A stretch of 61,989 bases of DNA from an uncultured Gammaproteobacteria bacterium (GCA_964573695.1 CAZNKB010000007.1:1-61989); one strand, 5' to 3'. Counted from the first letter of the stretch, positions 48,870 through 56,618 are shown. The notes: a model not told the origin generated them from the letters alone. Made by a program: numbers and translations.

Positions 48870-50360
48870 TTAGTGAAATCTTCGACCTCCCAGTGAGCTG
48901 CGAGTTGTCATGATTGCAGTGTATGCATCCAGCGGTGACCGATCGTCGGTTAATATTTGCGTGCCCGACGGCAAACCAGTACGATTTCGCAACAGTGACT
49001 TCGTTAGGGGTGTTAGCGAATTACGCTCGAAATTTAATTGTTGTTTTGCGGCCACCACAATCAAGTTTTGGATCTGATACGTATCTGAAACTCCTGCAGT
49101 GGCAAATATTTCCACCTCATCAAACACTGCTAGACTCGTTGTTGTTATCGCTCGCGTCAATAAAGATTGCGGCCCTTCCAAAGCGCCAACAATATTTATA
49201 ATGACCATCCCGTCGTCTACCAACGACTCTCTTACTTTGATAAGTGCCTCCCGCGTCACCAGATACCACGGAAGAGTGTAACCCGAAAATACGTCAAATA
49301 ATACCGCATCGTACTTTACCTTATTGGTATGGAGAAATGTTCGGCCGTCTTCAAATATCATTTTGAGCCTATTTGAAGGAACAAATCCCATCGTTTTTTG
49401 TGCTATATCGTAAACCTGCTCATCGATCTCGACTACCGTCAAATAAATATTTGGATGGCTAGCGAGAACATGTCGTGGATACCCCATGCCTGCCCCGCCG
49501 ATCATCAAAACGTTACTCGGTAACGTATTCCAAAACATAAGGTTATAATAGGGATAGTAATTCAATAGCATAGCTTTCGGATCATCAATAGCTATCGCTG
49601 AGCTGTACGCTCCATCAATGTACATACCTCTCACCTTTCCGATGTGCGTTTGCACCTCATATATTTGAACGCGCCCGTATGCGGTATCCACGTCAATAAT
49701 AGTCTGTTTGCTGTTTGTTCCTGAAAGCACCCACCCCTGCAGCAATGCAGTAGAGCAAATGACAATACAAAACACTTTTGCCAATAACAAATACCTACTC
49801 AGGGCTACGCTTACCAGCAACAACACTAATACCACTACATAAAGTGTCTTAAGATGCCCTAAATAAGGCACCAATAAAAATCCAGTTAAAAACGTTCCCG
49901 CAATACTCCCCATCGTCGATAACGAATATATCTTTCCCACTATCTTGCCCGAATGAGTCACGCTGGAAATTGCGAGCCGAACTGCGTACGGCGATACTGC
50001 GCCTAACAAAAACGACGGCACACCGAAAAAAATTGATGCTGCCAATATTGATTGGATGTATCGATCAACAACCAGCTTTAAAACAAAATCCATTACTATT
50101 TCTTTAGTGAGGGCTACAAAAAAAACCCACATCGCTGATCCCATAATCAGTACCGATAATTTTTTGTAGCTGGCGTTTTTTTCCGATATCAAGCCTCCCC
50201 AGTAATACCCTAAAGATAAGAAGCCGAGTACAACCCCAATGAGGGACGTCCACACATACAGTGATGAACCAATATACGGGGCAACAATCCTCGTGCCAAT
50301 CAACTCCAACACCATGACGCAAAGACCGGTAAAAAAAGTACTTATGGATAAAATCACCAT
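48870..50360 (-). CDS. fused membrane domain / spermidine-synthase-like aminopropyltransferase-fold protein
   Basis: About 7 N-terminal TM helices, then VLMIGGAGMGYPRH...VVEIDEQV...YDAVLFDVFSG, which is the spermidine synthase/MTase fold. Confidence 0.7.
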   Translation of the reverse strand: MVILSISTFFTGLCVMVLELIGTRIVAPYIGSSLYVWTSLIGVVLGFLSLGYYWGGLISEKNASYKKLSVLIMGSAMWVFFVALTKEIVMDFVLKLVVDRYIQSILAASIFFGVPSFLLGAVSPYAVRLAISSVTHSGKIVGKIYSLSTMGSIAGTFLTGFLLVPYLGHLKTLYVVVLVLLLVSVALSRYLLLAKVFCIVICSTALLQGWVLSGTNSKQTIIDVDTAYGRVQIYEVQTHIGKVRGMYIDGAYSSAIAIDDPKAMLLNYYPYYNLMFWNTLPSNVLMIGGAGMGYPRHVLASHPNIYLTVVEIDEQVYDIAQKTMGFVPSNRLKMIFEDGRTFLHTNKVKYDAVLFDVFSGYTLPWYLVTREALIKVRESLVDDGMVIINIVGALEGPQSLLTRAITTTSLAVFDEVEIFATAGVSDTYQIQNLIVVAAKQQLNFERNSLTPLTKSLLRNRTGLPSGTQILTDDRSPLDAYTAIMTTRSSLGGRRFH

Positions 50361-50453
50361 ACGTTTCGAAACGACGAAGCCGTACCGCGCTGTCTATGGT
50401 ACCCTTGCCATAGATATCACGACTCCTACATATTGTTTACGTATAATTTTCTG

Positions 50454-50588
50454 AGCGGAGGAGACAGGACTTCCCGCAGAGACGGGATTGTCGCTCGCCA
50501 CCGCTCGCGCCTTACTTCTCGTCCTATCTTTCGTTGAAAAAGTGCTCGCCAAACGGCGATCACCTTTTTCAGCGGAGGAGACAGGACT
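50454..50588. repeat. 18-nt direct repeat of the tRNA-Ser(GGA) 3' end
   Basis: AGCGGAGGAGACAGGACT occurs at 50454-50471 and again at 50571-50588. The second copy is the 3' acceptor/T-arm of the intact tRNA. Confidence 0.9.
50456..50524 (-). pseudogene. degenerate tRNA-Ser-like element (no anticodon arm, shortened T-loop)
   Basis: The minus-strand sequence GGACGAG...GCGAGCGGT...CAATCCCGTCTCTGCGGGAAGTCCTGTCTCCTCCG shows the following. The acceptor pairs at 6/7 positions. There is a D-loop-like AGCGGT. The variable-arm and 3' end are homologous to the neighbouring tRNA-Ser(GGA). The T-loop is 3 nt short. Confidence 0.55.
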
Positions 50589-50655
50589 CGAACCTGCGAG
50601 GGATTGCTCCCGTACGCTTTCCAAGCGTATGCCGTAGCCGCTGGGCCACTCCTCC
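50573..50655 (-). tRNA. tRNA-Ser (anticodon GGA)
   Basis: Hand-folded. Acceptor GGAGGAG/CTCCTCC, anticodon stem TACGC/GCGTA with loop TTGGAAA, long variable arm, T-arm CAGG-TTCGAGT-CCTG, discriminator G. Confidence 0.85.
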
Positions 50656-50708
50656 AAAGGCTTTGATTATATCATCTTTTGCGTCTTCCCCGGTGCTATA
50701 ATACCTAT

Positions 50709-51629
50709 ATGACGGTGCGTCACAAAGCGCTTTTTGCAATACTTATTTCTGCGATCCTCTGGGCAAGTGCCGGCTCAGTTTCCAAACTGCTGTTTATGGA
50801 AACTACTCCTTTTGTCGCGGCAAGCCATAGGTTTTTACTTGCCTCACTTATAATTCTCCCCTTTTTTCTTCGGGCCAAAAAGCCAAAGGGATATATTCTT
50901 TCACTCCTACCTCTTGGCGTATTTAACGCCGGTAATATTCTGTTTTACTACACCGGTCTCTCGCTAACGACAGCAAACACGGGGAGTATCTTGGGGACTG
51001 CTATTCCCATTACCGTCGCGCTTTTTTCCCCGTTTTTCATAAAAGAACCTATCGCGAAAAACAAACTACTGGGTATTCTTATCGGGCTTGCGGGTGCTCT
51101 ATGCATTGTTTTACTTCCGATGATCGAAAACGGCCACCTGAACTCAGGGAGTCTGTTGGGAAACCTCCTCATGGTCGGCAGCCTTCTCTGTTGGACTATG
51201 TATATTATTTTTTCTCGACGTATCCTCTCTCAAGTCGATTATCCCCCCGAACTTTCAACGTCTATCAATATTTTTACCGTCACCATTGCTGCTACATTTG
51301 CGGCATTTGTCTCCGGGCAAACCCTTATATCACCCGCGCTTCTTGTCCCTGCCTATTTGGGGGTACTGCTTTACGTTGCAATAGGAATTACGATCGTCAC
51401 GTTTTTTCTTTTCCAATGGGGAGTCCGACACGTATCCGCTTCTACCGCATCACTTAAAGAATATATCCAACTTGTCGTAGGGGTCGGCATAAATGCGTTA
51501 GTCCTCGGTGAGCGCCTCACGTTCACCTACCTTTTGGGATCTATACTCATTATAGTGGGAGTACTGTTTGCGACGGGAAACCGCTTGACCAAAAAAATGG
51601 CTTCGGCGTTATTTACCCAAGGGGAATAG
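50709..51629 (+). CDS. DMT-superfamily (EamA/RhaT-like) transporter
   Basis: The start is at ATG 50709. 306 aa, 10 TM, two EamA repeats. Confidence 0.8.
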   Translation: MTVRHKALFAILISAILWASAGSVSKLLFMETTPFVAASHRFLLASLIILPFFLRAKKPKGYILSLLPLGVFNAGNILFYYTGLSLTTANTGSILGTAIPITVALFSPFFIKEPIAKNKLLGILIGLAGALCIVLLPMIENGHLNSGSLLGNLLMVGSLLCWTMYIIFSRRILSQVDYPPELSTSINIFTVTIAATFAAFVSGQTLISPALLVPAYLGVLLYVAIGITIVTFFLFQWGVRHVSASTASLKEYIQLVVGVGINALVLGERLTFTYLLGSILIIVGVLFATGNRLTKKMASALFTQGE

Positions 51630-51631
51630 CG

Positions 51632-52228
51632 TCATTTCGCAAACTCTTCGTGGATCGCTTCCCGGATGTCTTTCCACCAATCCTGAGAGTCGGTTGCGGC
51701 CAGTGCGGTCATAAGCTCGACGGATTCGGGAAGCCTGACGCGAAGTGAATTTGCATCCATCCATTCTTTGGCATGCGTGTTTCCCCGCTCCATAAGAATT
51801 TTGCATTCCACGCCGAATGCAATCACGTTCGCTTCGTACACTACCTGCGCCTCGAGCGTTTTTTTCGCTTCGTATTCGTTAAGCTGGGCCAATAATTCAT
51901 CATCGATGCCTGCAAATATATCTATATTTGCCTTGTCTTCGTGTCTGGTCATGTAGAGTTTCGCCACTTTATCCATTTCCCCGGTTCTTCCTTCGTGAAA
52001 ATCATGGAATATGCTCATGATGAGAATTTTTTCCATGGAGACTCCCCGATCCTTGTTATGTTGCGCGTTTATTTGTTTGGCCAGAAGATAGGCGATAACG
52101 GCGGTCATGAATGAATGTTCACCGACTCCTTCTTCATTATCTCCTAACCGTTGCCAGCCGGTACGGAGCATCCGCTTTACATTTGCGGCTTCATAGATAA
52201 GATTTGTCAGACGTTTCGGATCTTTCAT
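51632..52228 (-). CDS. HD-domain phosphohydrolase (YfbR-like 5'-deoxynucleotidase family)
   Basis: GEHSFMTAVIAYLLA (the first His) and IFHDFHEGRTGEMD (the HD motif). 198 aa. The start is 13 nt downstream of the tRNA-Arg(CCG) 3' end. Confidence 0.75.
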   Translation of the reverse strand: MKDPKRLTNLIYEAANVKRMLRTGWQRLGDNEEGVGEHSFMTAVIAYLLAKQINAQHNKDRGVSMEKILIMSIFHDFHEGRTGEMDKVAKLYMTRHEDKANIDIFAGIDDELLAQLNEYEAKKTLEAQVVYEANVIAFGVECKILMERGNTHAKEWMDANSLRVRLPESVELMTALAATDSQDWWKDIREAIHEEFAK

Positions 52229-52241
52229 AGATATGTATAAG

Positions 52242-52313
52242 TACTCCCGGGCAGAGTCGAACTGCCATCACAGCCTTCGGAGGGCCGCATTCTATCCATT
52301 GAACTACGAGAGC
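52242..52313 (-). tRNA. tRNA-Arg (anticodon CCG)
   Basis: Hand-folded, 72 nt. Acceptor GCTCTCG/CGGGAGT (two G-U pairs), D-arm GTTC-AATGGATA-GAAT, anticodon loop CTCCGAA, T-arm GGCAG-TTCGACT-CTGCC. Confidence 0.8.
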
Positions 52314-52370
52314 CTGGCACGCCGTATTATACCGCCGTTTCAGACTCTCTGCTAGAATGGGGTCAATACT

Positions 52371-54455
52371 ATGCGCCGATTAGTGCTATTTTTTGGCATC
52401 TTACTTGCTCTCTATCTCGGGGTGGTTGTTTATTGCAACCGGGCGCTTCTTTTTTCACGATTCGATGAGTCTTACTGGAAAGATAAATATGAGCAGTCGC
52501 AGTGGAAATTGCCACTTTCGCCTCGTACTATCGGTGATGATGGCCTATACCTCTATGAGGGATATCGGCTAATCCGTGGAGGAGACCCTACCAGTTCCAA
52601 TGCCGAAATGCCCCCGCTTGGGAAATACCTCATAGGAGCCAGTATCTTCGTGTTCGGAAACGGATATATTTACGGATTCATAACAACCTTTAGCCTCATT
52701 GTGGGGACATTTATCCTAACTCGGCTGCTCATCAAGCAGACCGTACCCGCACTTATTGTTGCCCTGCTGCTTGCGACGGATCCCTTAGTTACCAACCAAT
52801 TTGCACTGACCATGATGGACTCGCTGCAAGCCTCGCTCCTTATTCTGTTTCTTGTAGTACTCTTTCACGTTACCGCTTCCAAACAAAAACACAGCGTATT
52901 ATTGGCTACATTCTCCGGAATCATCTTGGGTTTATTTTCAGAAACCAAACTTCCGGTTCTGACCCCGTTCATCGGACTTATCGGGATATATTACCTGTGG
53001 GCAAAAACAAGATCCCTGCAGCTTCTCGGGGCGTTTATCTCCGGAGGGATCATCGGATATGTCACCCCGTATATCGTCTTTTTTGTCCAGGGGCACACAC
53101 TGCTTGACTGGCTCAAAATCCAAAAGTGGATCGTCACATTTTATCGCCACAGCAATTTGACCCCCACCTGGGGGAGTGTCGTCACCACGCTATTATTCGG
53201 CTCCTACCAAAACATTTTTTCACGCCTATGGGAACGAGCCAACGAGTGGAGCCCTGCCTGGGCAGTGCTATTCTTTTCCTCCTTTGGCGCGTTAGGCCTC
53301 TCAATCCGCCGAAAAAGTCTGAGTGCCCAATGGATCGTTATGTTTATTCTGATATTTATCACCCTCGGGTTATATGCCGTCTTACCATTCTGGACACGAT
53401 ACCTTGTCACGGTACTTCCGCTTCTTTACGTAACGAGCGGCCTCGTGTTATCGCGCTTACCCAAAAACCTCTTACTTCTCATAAGCGGGACTGTCCTTAT
53501 CGTAAACGTCGCCTCGTCAGTTCCGATCCTGTTTTCCTCTCCGCAGGCTACCGCAAACCAAGTCATCTATGCTATCGAGCATCAGCAATTTACCGACCTT
53601 TACGAAGATACGACCGCGTCATTTCGGCGTAGTACAAATCGGGATGCGTTTCGGCGTTTTGGGCTCATTACATTCGCAGCAGGCGAAATAGAACACATCA
53701 ACATCCTTCCGACCGGGCCGAAACTCACCGGGCACGCCTCACCGCAGTATCTTAACGTCCAAATCACGTACTATACACGCCGTTTAGGATCATTTACCCA
53801 AAAAAGTTCCATTCCGTTTGTCCGTGAGGACGGGCGCTGGCGTATCCCCTGGCAATGGTCGCTGCTTATTTCAGGACTCACCGAATCCGGGCGTCTGGAG
53901 ACCAACGTCATAGAGGCGCGACGGGGAACACTGCTTGCGAGCGACAAAAAACCACTCGCTGAGGACGTGCCGGGACACCTCGTATGGGTCACTCCACAGC
54001 GCATAGACAAAACACAGGAAGAATCGTTGCTTACGCTTCTTGAAACCGTCTTTGACGGGAAACAGCCCAAAGTCGCCCTTCACCAACGGATCGTTGGCAA
54101 TAGCCTTGCGGATCAGGCGATACCGTTGGGAGTCATCCCGCATCCGAAAACCGATCCGAACGTTATAGCGCTCGCATCGTTTTCCGGAGTTACTCTCACT
54201 CACGCGTTTACGAGACTGACCTATCCCAATCACGTTGTTGACATAGGTGAGACCGCCAATACCGCGTATTCGGAATGCTGTACCGTACTTTACTCAACGA
54301 CGAACTATGACGGTGTTACCGGCGTCGAAAAAGCAAAAAACGCGCTACTCAAAGGCGTACACGGAGGCACACTTACGCTGACAAACTCGGAGGGCAAAAT
54401 ACTACAGACTCTCATCGAAAAAACGAAACGCGACGGACAAAATGTGGAACCCTAG
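52371..54455 (+). CDS. fusion of a GT-C-like polytopic membrane domain with PBP N-terminal (NTF2-like plus dimerisation) modules; no transpeptidase domain
   Basis: 694 aa. Residues about 1-390 have more than 10 TM helices and are ArnT/PMT_2-like. The C-terminal about 300 aa carry ARRGTLLASDKKPLA and GVTGVEKAKNALLKGVHGGTLTLTNSEGKIL, resembling the class B PBP dimerisation domain. The ORF ends before any SxxK/SxN/KTG motifs. Confidence 0.5.
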   Translation: MRRLVLFFGILLALYLGVVVYCNRALLFSRFDESYWKDKYEQSQWKLPLSPRTIGDDGLYLYEGYRLIRGGDPTSSNAEMPPLGKYLIGASIFVFGNGYIYGFITTFSLIVGTFILTRLLIKQTVPALIVALLLATDPLVTNQFALTMMDSLQASLLILFLVVLFHVTASKQKHSVLLATFSGIILGLFSETKLPVLTPFIGLIGIYYLWAKTRSLQLLGAFISGGIIGYVTPYIVFFVQGHTLLDWLKIQKWIVTFYRHSNLTPTWGSVVTTLLFGSYQNIFSRLWERANEWSPAWAVLFFSSFGALGLSIRRKSLSAQWIVMFILIFITLGLYAVLPFWTRYLVTVLPLLYVTSGLVLSRLPKNLLLLISGTVLIVNVASSVPILFSSPQATANQVIYAIEHQQFTDLYEDTTASFRRSTNRDAFRRFGLITFAAGEIEHINILPTGPKLTGHASPQYLNVQITYYTRRLGSFTQKSSIPFVREDGRWRIPWQWSLLISGLTESGRLETNVIEARRGTLLASDKKPLAEDVPGHLVWVTPQRIDKTQEESLLTLLETVFDGKQPKVALHQRIVGNSLADQAIPLGVIPHPKTDPNVIALASFSGVTLTHAFTRLTYPNHVVDIGETANTAYSECCTVLYSTTNYDGVTGVEKAKNALLKGVHGGTLTLTNSEGKILQTLIEKTKRDGQNVEP

Positions 54456-54871
54456 AGAATGGGAATTTTGGATAAATCTCCGTCAATAACCGTCGGCTGT
54501 ATAGCGTGCATCTCCGTTTTGTAGTCCATTTCGGGAACAGGGTATAGTAAATACACTTTTTTTCCTAACCCGAAGGCATACCCCATTTCCAAAAAGGTAT
54601 TGCCTCCGATATACCCGGGGACCCCTTTCTTCTCGTAATTGAGGATGAGGATCGCATCTGCCTGCTCAATCTTGCGAAAATGCTCACGGATAAAGTCGTA
54701 TTCTATTTTGACGGTGATACGCTCTTCATCGGTGTCCATATACGACTCGTTTTTGTGTATATCATCCAGCTCTCCCGGAACAAATACCTTACACCCGCGG
54801 GCCAGCAACTGGTCACGCACCGAGGCCATTTCCTTATGAAACTGCATGGACCCACAAATGGTGATTGTCAT
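54452..54871 (-). CDS. nucleoside 2-deoxyribosyltransferase-like (NDT/DNPH1-fold) protein, paralog 1
   Basis: The start was set at MTITICGSMQF (54871). It has an Rossmann-like ICGS N-terminus and ADAILILN...GYIGGNTFLEMGYAFGLGKKVYLL. The longer track ORF runs through a tRNA gene. Confidence 0.6.
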   Translation of the reverse strand: MTITICGSMQFHKEMASVRDQLLARGCKVFVPGELDDIHKNESYMDTDEERITVKIEYDFIREHFRKIEQADAILILNYEKKGVPGYIGGNTFLEMGYAFGLGKKVYLLYPVPEMDYKTEMHAIQPTVIDGDLSKIPIL

Positions 54872-54891
54872 AGTATATTCTGCTGTCAGAG

Positions 54892-54977
54892 CGGAGGGTA
54901 CAGGATTCGAACCTGTGCCACCTTTACAGGTGAACGGTTTTCGAGACCGTCGCTTTGAACCGCTCAGCCAACCCTCC
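54892..54977 (-). tRNA. tRNA-Ser (anticodon CGA)
   Basis: Hand-folded, 86 nt. Acceptor GGAGGGT/ACCCTCC, D-stem GCT/AGC, anticodon stem ACGGT/ACCGT with loop CTCGAAA, long variable arm, T-arm ACAGG-TTCGAAT-CCTGT, discriminator G. Confidence 0.85.
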
Positions 54978-54981
54978 GCAC

Positions 54982-55060
54982 TGACAAGGTTTTTCCCGCA
55001 GAGCGGGATCCCGCTTCGCGGTGACGAGACCTGGCCGTTTAGCCGCTCCGGCACCTTTCC
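54982..55060 (-). pseudogene. degenerate tRNA-Ser-like element 4 nt upstream of tRNA-Ser(CGA)
   Basis: The 5' 36 nt (GGAAAGGTGCCGGAGCGGCTAAACGGCCAGGTCTCG) is about 70% identical to the 5' half of tRNA-Ser(CGA). The acceptor GGAAAGG/CCTTGTC pairs at 6/7 positions. The anticodon and T arms are replaced by GC-rich palindromes (GCGGGATCCCGC, CCCGC-TCT-GCGGG). Confidence 0.45.
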
Positions 55061-55105
55061 TTCGATCTCACAATTATACTGCAAATGACTCGTAAGAACG
55101 AAAAA

Positions 55106-55519
55106 TCACAATCGGGAGAGATCTCCGGAAAGCACTACAGGGCGCATTGCAGCAAGTTCTAATTCATAATCCATGACGGGAATCGGGTTAAGGAGATAAA
55201 TTTTTTTCCTGAGGTAAAACGCAACCCCCATTTCCAAAAAAGTATTGCCACCTATATAACCTGCGATACCGTGATGAGTGGGGTTGACCACGAGAATTGC
55301 GTCAGACTGCTCTATTTTTTGGAAATGTTCGCGGATAAAATCGTATTTGGCCTCAGCCGCTAGCCGCTCGGGGACGGTCTTGGGTTTTTTGAACCCGTCT
55401 CGCTCAATAAGCGTCAGGCTTTTCGGAACAAATACCGCGTGTCCCAACGTTACCAGTAAGTGTTCAGCATCGCGCATTTCCCGATGAAACGTGAGACTTC
55501 CGCAGATAGCTATCGTCAT
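55106..55519 (-). CDS. nucleoside 2-deoxyribosyltransferase-like (NDT/DNPH1-fold) protein, paralog 2
   Basis: The start is at MTIAICGSLTF (55519), 5 nt after the tRNA-Arg(GCG) 3' end. It is about 50% identical by eye to paralog 1 (YDFIREHF.KIEQ.DAIL..N....G..GYIGGNTFLEMG.AF.L.KK.YLL.P.P.MDY). Confidence 0.6.
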   Translation of the reverse strand: MTIAICGSLTFHREMRDAEHLLVTLGHAVFVPKSLTLIERDGFKKPKTVPERLAAEAKYDFIREHFQKIEQSDAILVVNPTHHGIAGYIGGNTFLEMGVAFYLRKKIYLLNPIPVMDYELELAAMRPVVLSGDLSRL

Positions 55520-55524
55520 ACGAG

Positions 55525-55596
55525 TACGCCCAACAGGAGTCGAACCTGTATCAGAAGCTCCGCAAGCTCCTATTCTATCCATTGAACTATGGGCGC
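55525..55596 (-). tRNA. tRNA-Arg (anticodon GCG)
   Basis: Hand-folded, 72 nt. Acceptor GCGCCCA/TGGGCGT, D-arm GTTC-AATGGATA-GAAT, anticodon stem GGAGC/GCTTC with loop TTGCGGA, T-arm ACAGG-TTCGACT-CCTGT. Confidence 0.8.
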
Positions 55597-55635
55597 AAAA
55601 CTAACCGTATTGTACACCAAATCGCCCTGTTTGAG

Positions 55636-56151
55636 CTAGGCTTGAGGCTTTTCTAACGGGATTTTTTCGGAAATCCAACGCGCGGCGTTGTCTACCCAGC
55701 TTCTGTCGGGTTCTTCGCGAAAGGGGATATGCCGGGCCACCAGCTCCCGCACTTTATCTTTTTTTTGATCCCCCAAAAGGACAATTATTCTCGGAGATAT
55801 AAACGGGCGGAGCACCACCATGTTTTGTCCCCATTGCTCGTCAAACCAAAAATCCGCAAACTCTTCCCAACGGTAAAAATGTCCCGCGCTCTCAATCCCC
55901 AAACTGGTAACACGGTGCTTCACATCCTCCGGAGGAACGGTCGAAAGCACATAAATCAAAAATACGATCGAGAGTACGGTCGCAATCAGCACAAATTCCC
56001 GCACAAACACCAAGATCACAGATAGCAAAAATACGATAGCGAGAATGTTGACGAAAAATTCACGGTCACGCTTTTTAAACAGTCGTGACGGAGATACCCA
56101 CGCCAGATACACTTCTTCTTCCTTCGGCTCCTGACGGGGATGTGAGGGCAT
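55636..56151 (-). CDS. hypothetical 2-TM membrane protein
   Basis: 171 aa. It has two adjacent TM helices (FFVNILAIVFLLSVILVFV / FVLIATVLSIVFLIYVL) followed by a soluble C-domain. It starts 9 nt after the NUDIX stop. Confidence 0.55.
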   Translation of the reverse strand: MPSHPRQEPKEEEVYLAWVSPSRLFKKRDREFFVNILAIVFLLSVILVFVREFVLIATVLSIVFLIYVLSTVPPEDVKHRVTSLGIESAGHFYRWEEFADFWFDEQWGQNMVVLRPFISPRIIVLLGDQKKDKVRELVARHIPFREEPDRSWVDNAARWISEKIPLEKPQA

Positions 56152-56160
56152 ATATTCTTT

Positions 56161-56610
56161 TTATACCATATTCACGTCCGTCTTTGTAAGAAATGTACGA
56201 TAGACACCGATATCGCTTGTCGTTATGACCGAAAGCGGCGTCGGCAACGCGTCAAGACCGAACCAGCCGGTTGCTTCGCACTTATCGGGCTCCATAATCT
56301 TCGGCTCCTGACCCTCTACTATAGAAGCGATAAAGCAGGTGGGAACCCAATGCTGTTTTTCCGCTTCTAGCAAATGGTCCTGGGCCGGAAACTGGTAAGA
56401 AAGGACGATGTCGACTCCATATTCTTCCTTCATCTCCCGTAAGATAGCCTCTTTGAGCGTTTCGCCGAACTCTACTTTGCCGCCCGGTATTTCCCACGTC
56501 CCTCGCTCGTTTGTGGCACGCTGCCCTCGCTTCGTCAAAAAAATCTCTCCCTTGGCATTCAAAATAAGGGCTCCGACCGAAACACCGATGTAATCAATGC
56601 CTGACTTCAT
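56161..56610 (-). CDS. NUDIX hydrolase
   Basis: The start was set at MKSGIDYIG (56610), 8 nt after the tRNA 3' end. The Nudix box is GGKVEFGETLKEAILREMKEEYGV. Confidence 0.8.
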   Translation of the reverse strand: MKSGIDYIGVSVGALILNAKGEIFLTKRGQRATNERGTWEIPGGKVEFGETLKEAILREMKEEYGVDIVLSYQFPAQDHLLEAEKQHWVPTCFIASIVEGQEPKIMEPDKCEATGWFGLDALPTPLSVITTSDIGVYRTFLTKTDVNMV

Positions 56611-56618
56611 GATACGGG

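Noticed and set aside
50361-50572. Integrated mobile element at tRNA-Ser(GGA)
   Set aside because: The 18-nt direct repeats are only 99 nt apart and enclose no cargo or integrase. I report it as a scar or remnant rather than a mobile element.
50394-50657. 87-aa minus-strand ORF
   Set aside because: It reads straight through tRNA-Ser(GGA) and the degenerate tRNA copy. This is an open frame in GC-rich structured RNA, not a gene.
54993-55020. GC-rich palindromes preceded by TTTTT as a plus-strand terminator for the GT-C/PBP gene
   Set aside because: The T-run precedes the hairpin on the plus strand rather than following it. The element also lies more than 500 nt beyond that gene's stop, inside the minus-strand array.
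54872-55084. N-terminal 71-aa extension of the track ORF 54452..55084, and the analogous extensions 55520..55582, 56611..56739 and 57454..57480
   Set aside because: All of these extensions consist of translated tRNA or tRNA-like sequence. Each ORF has an internal ATG just downstream of the tRNA where recognisable protein-family sequence begins.
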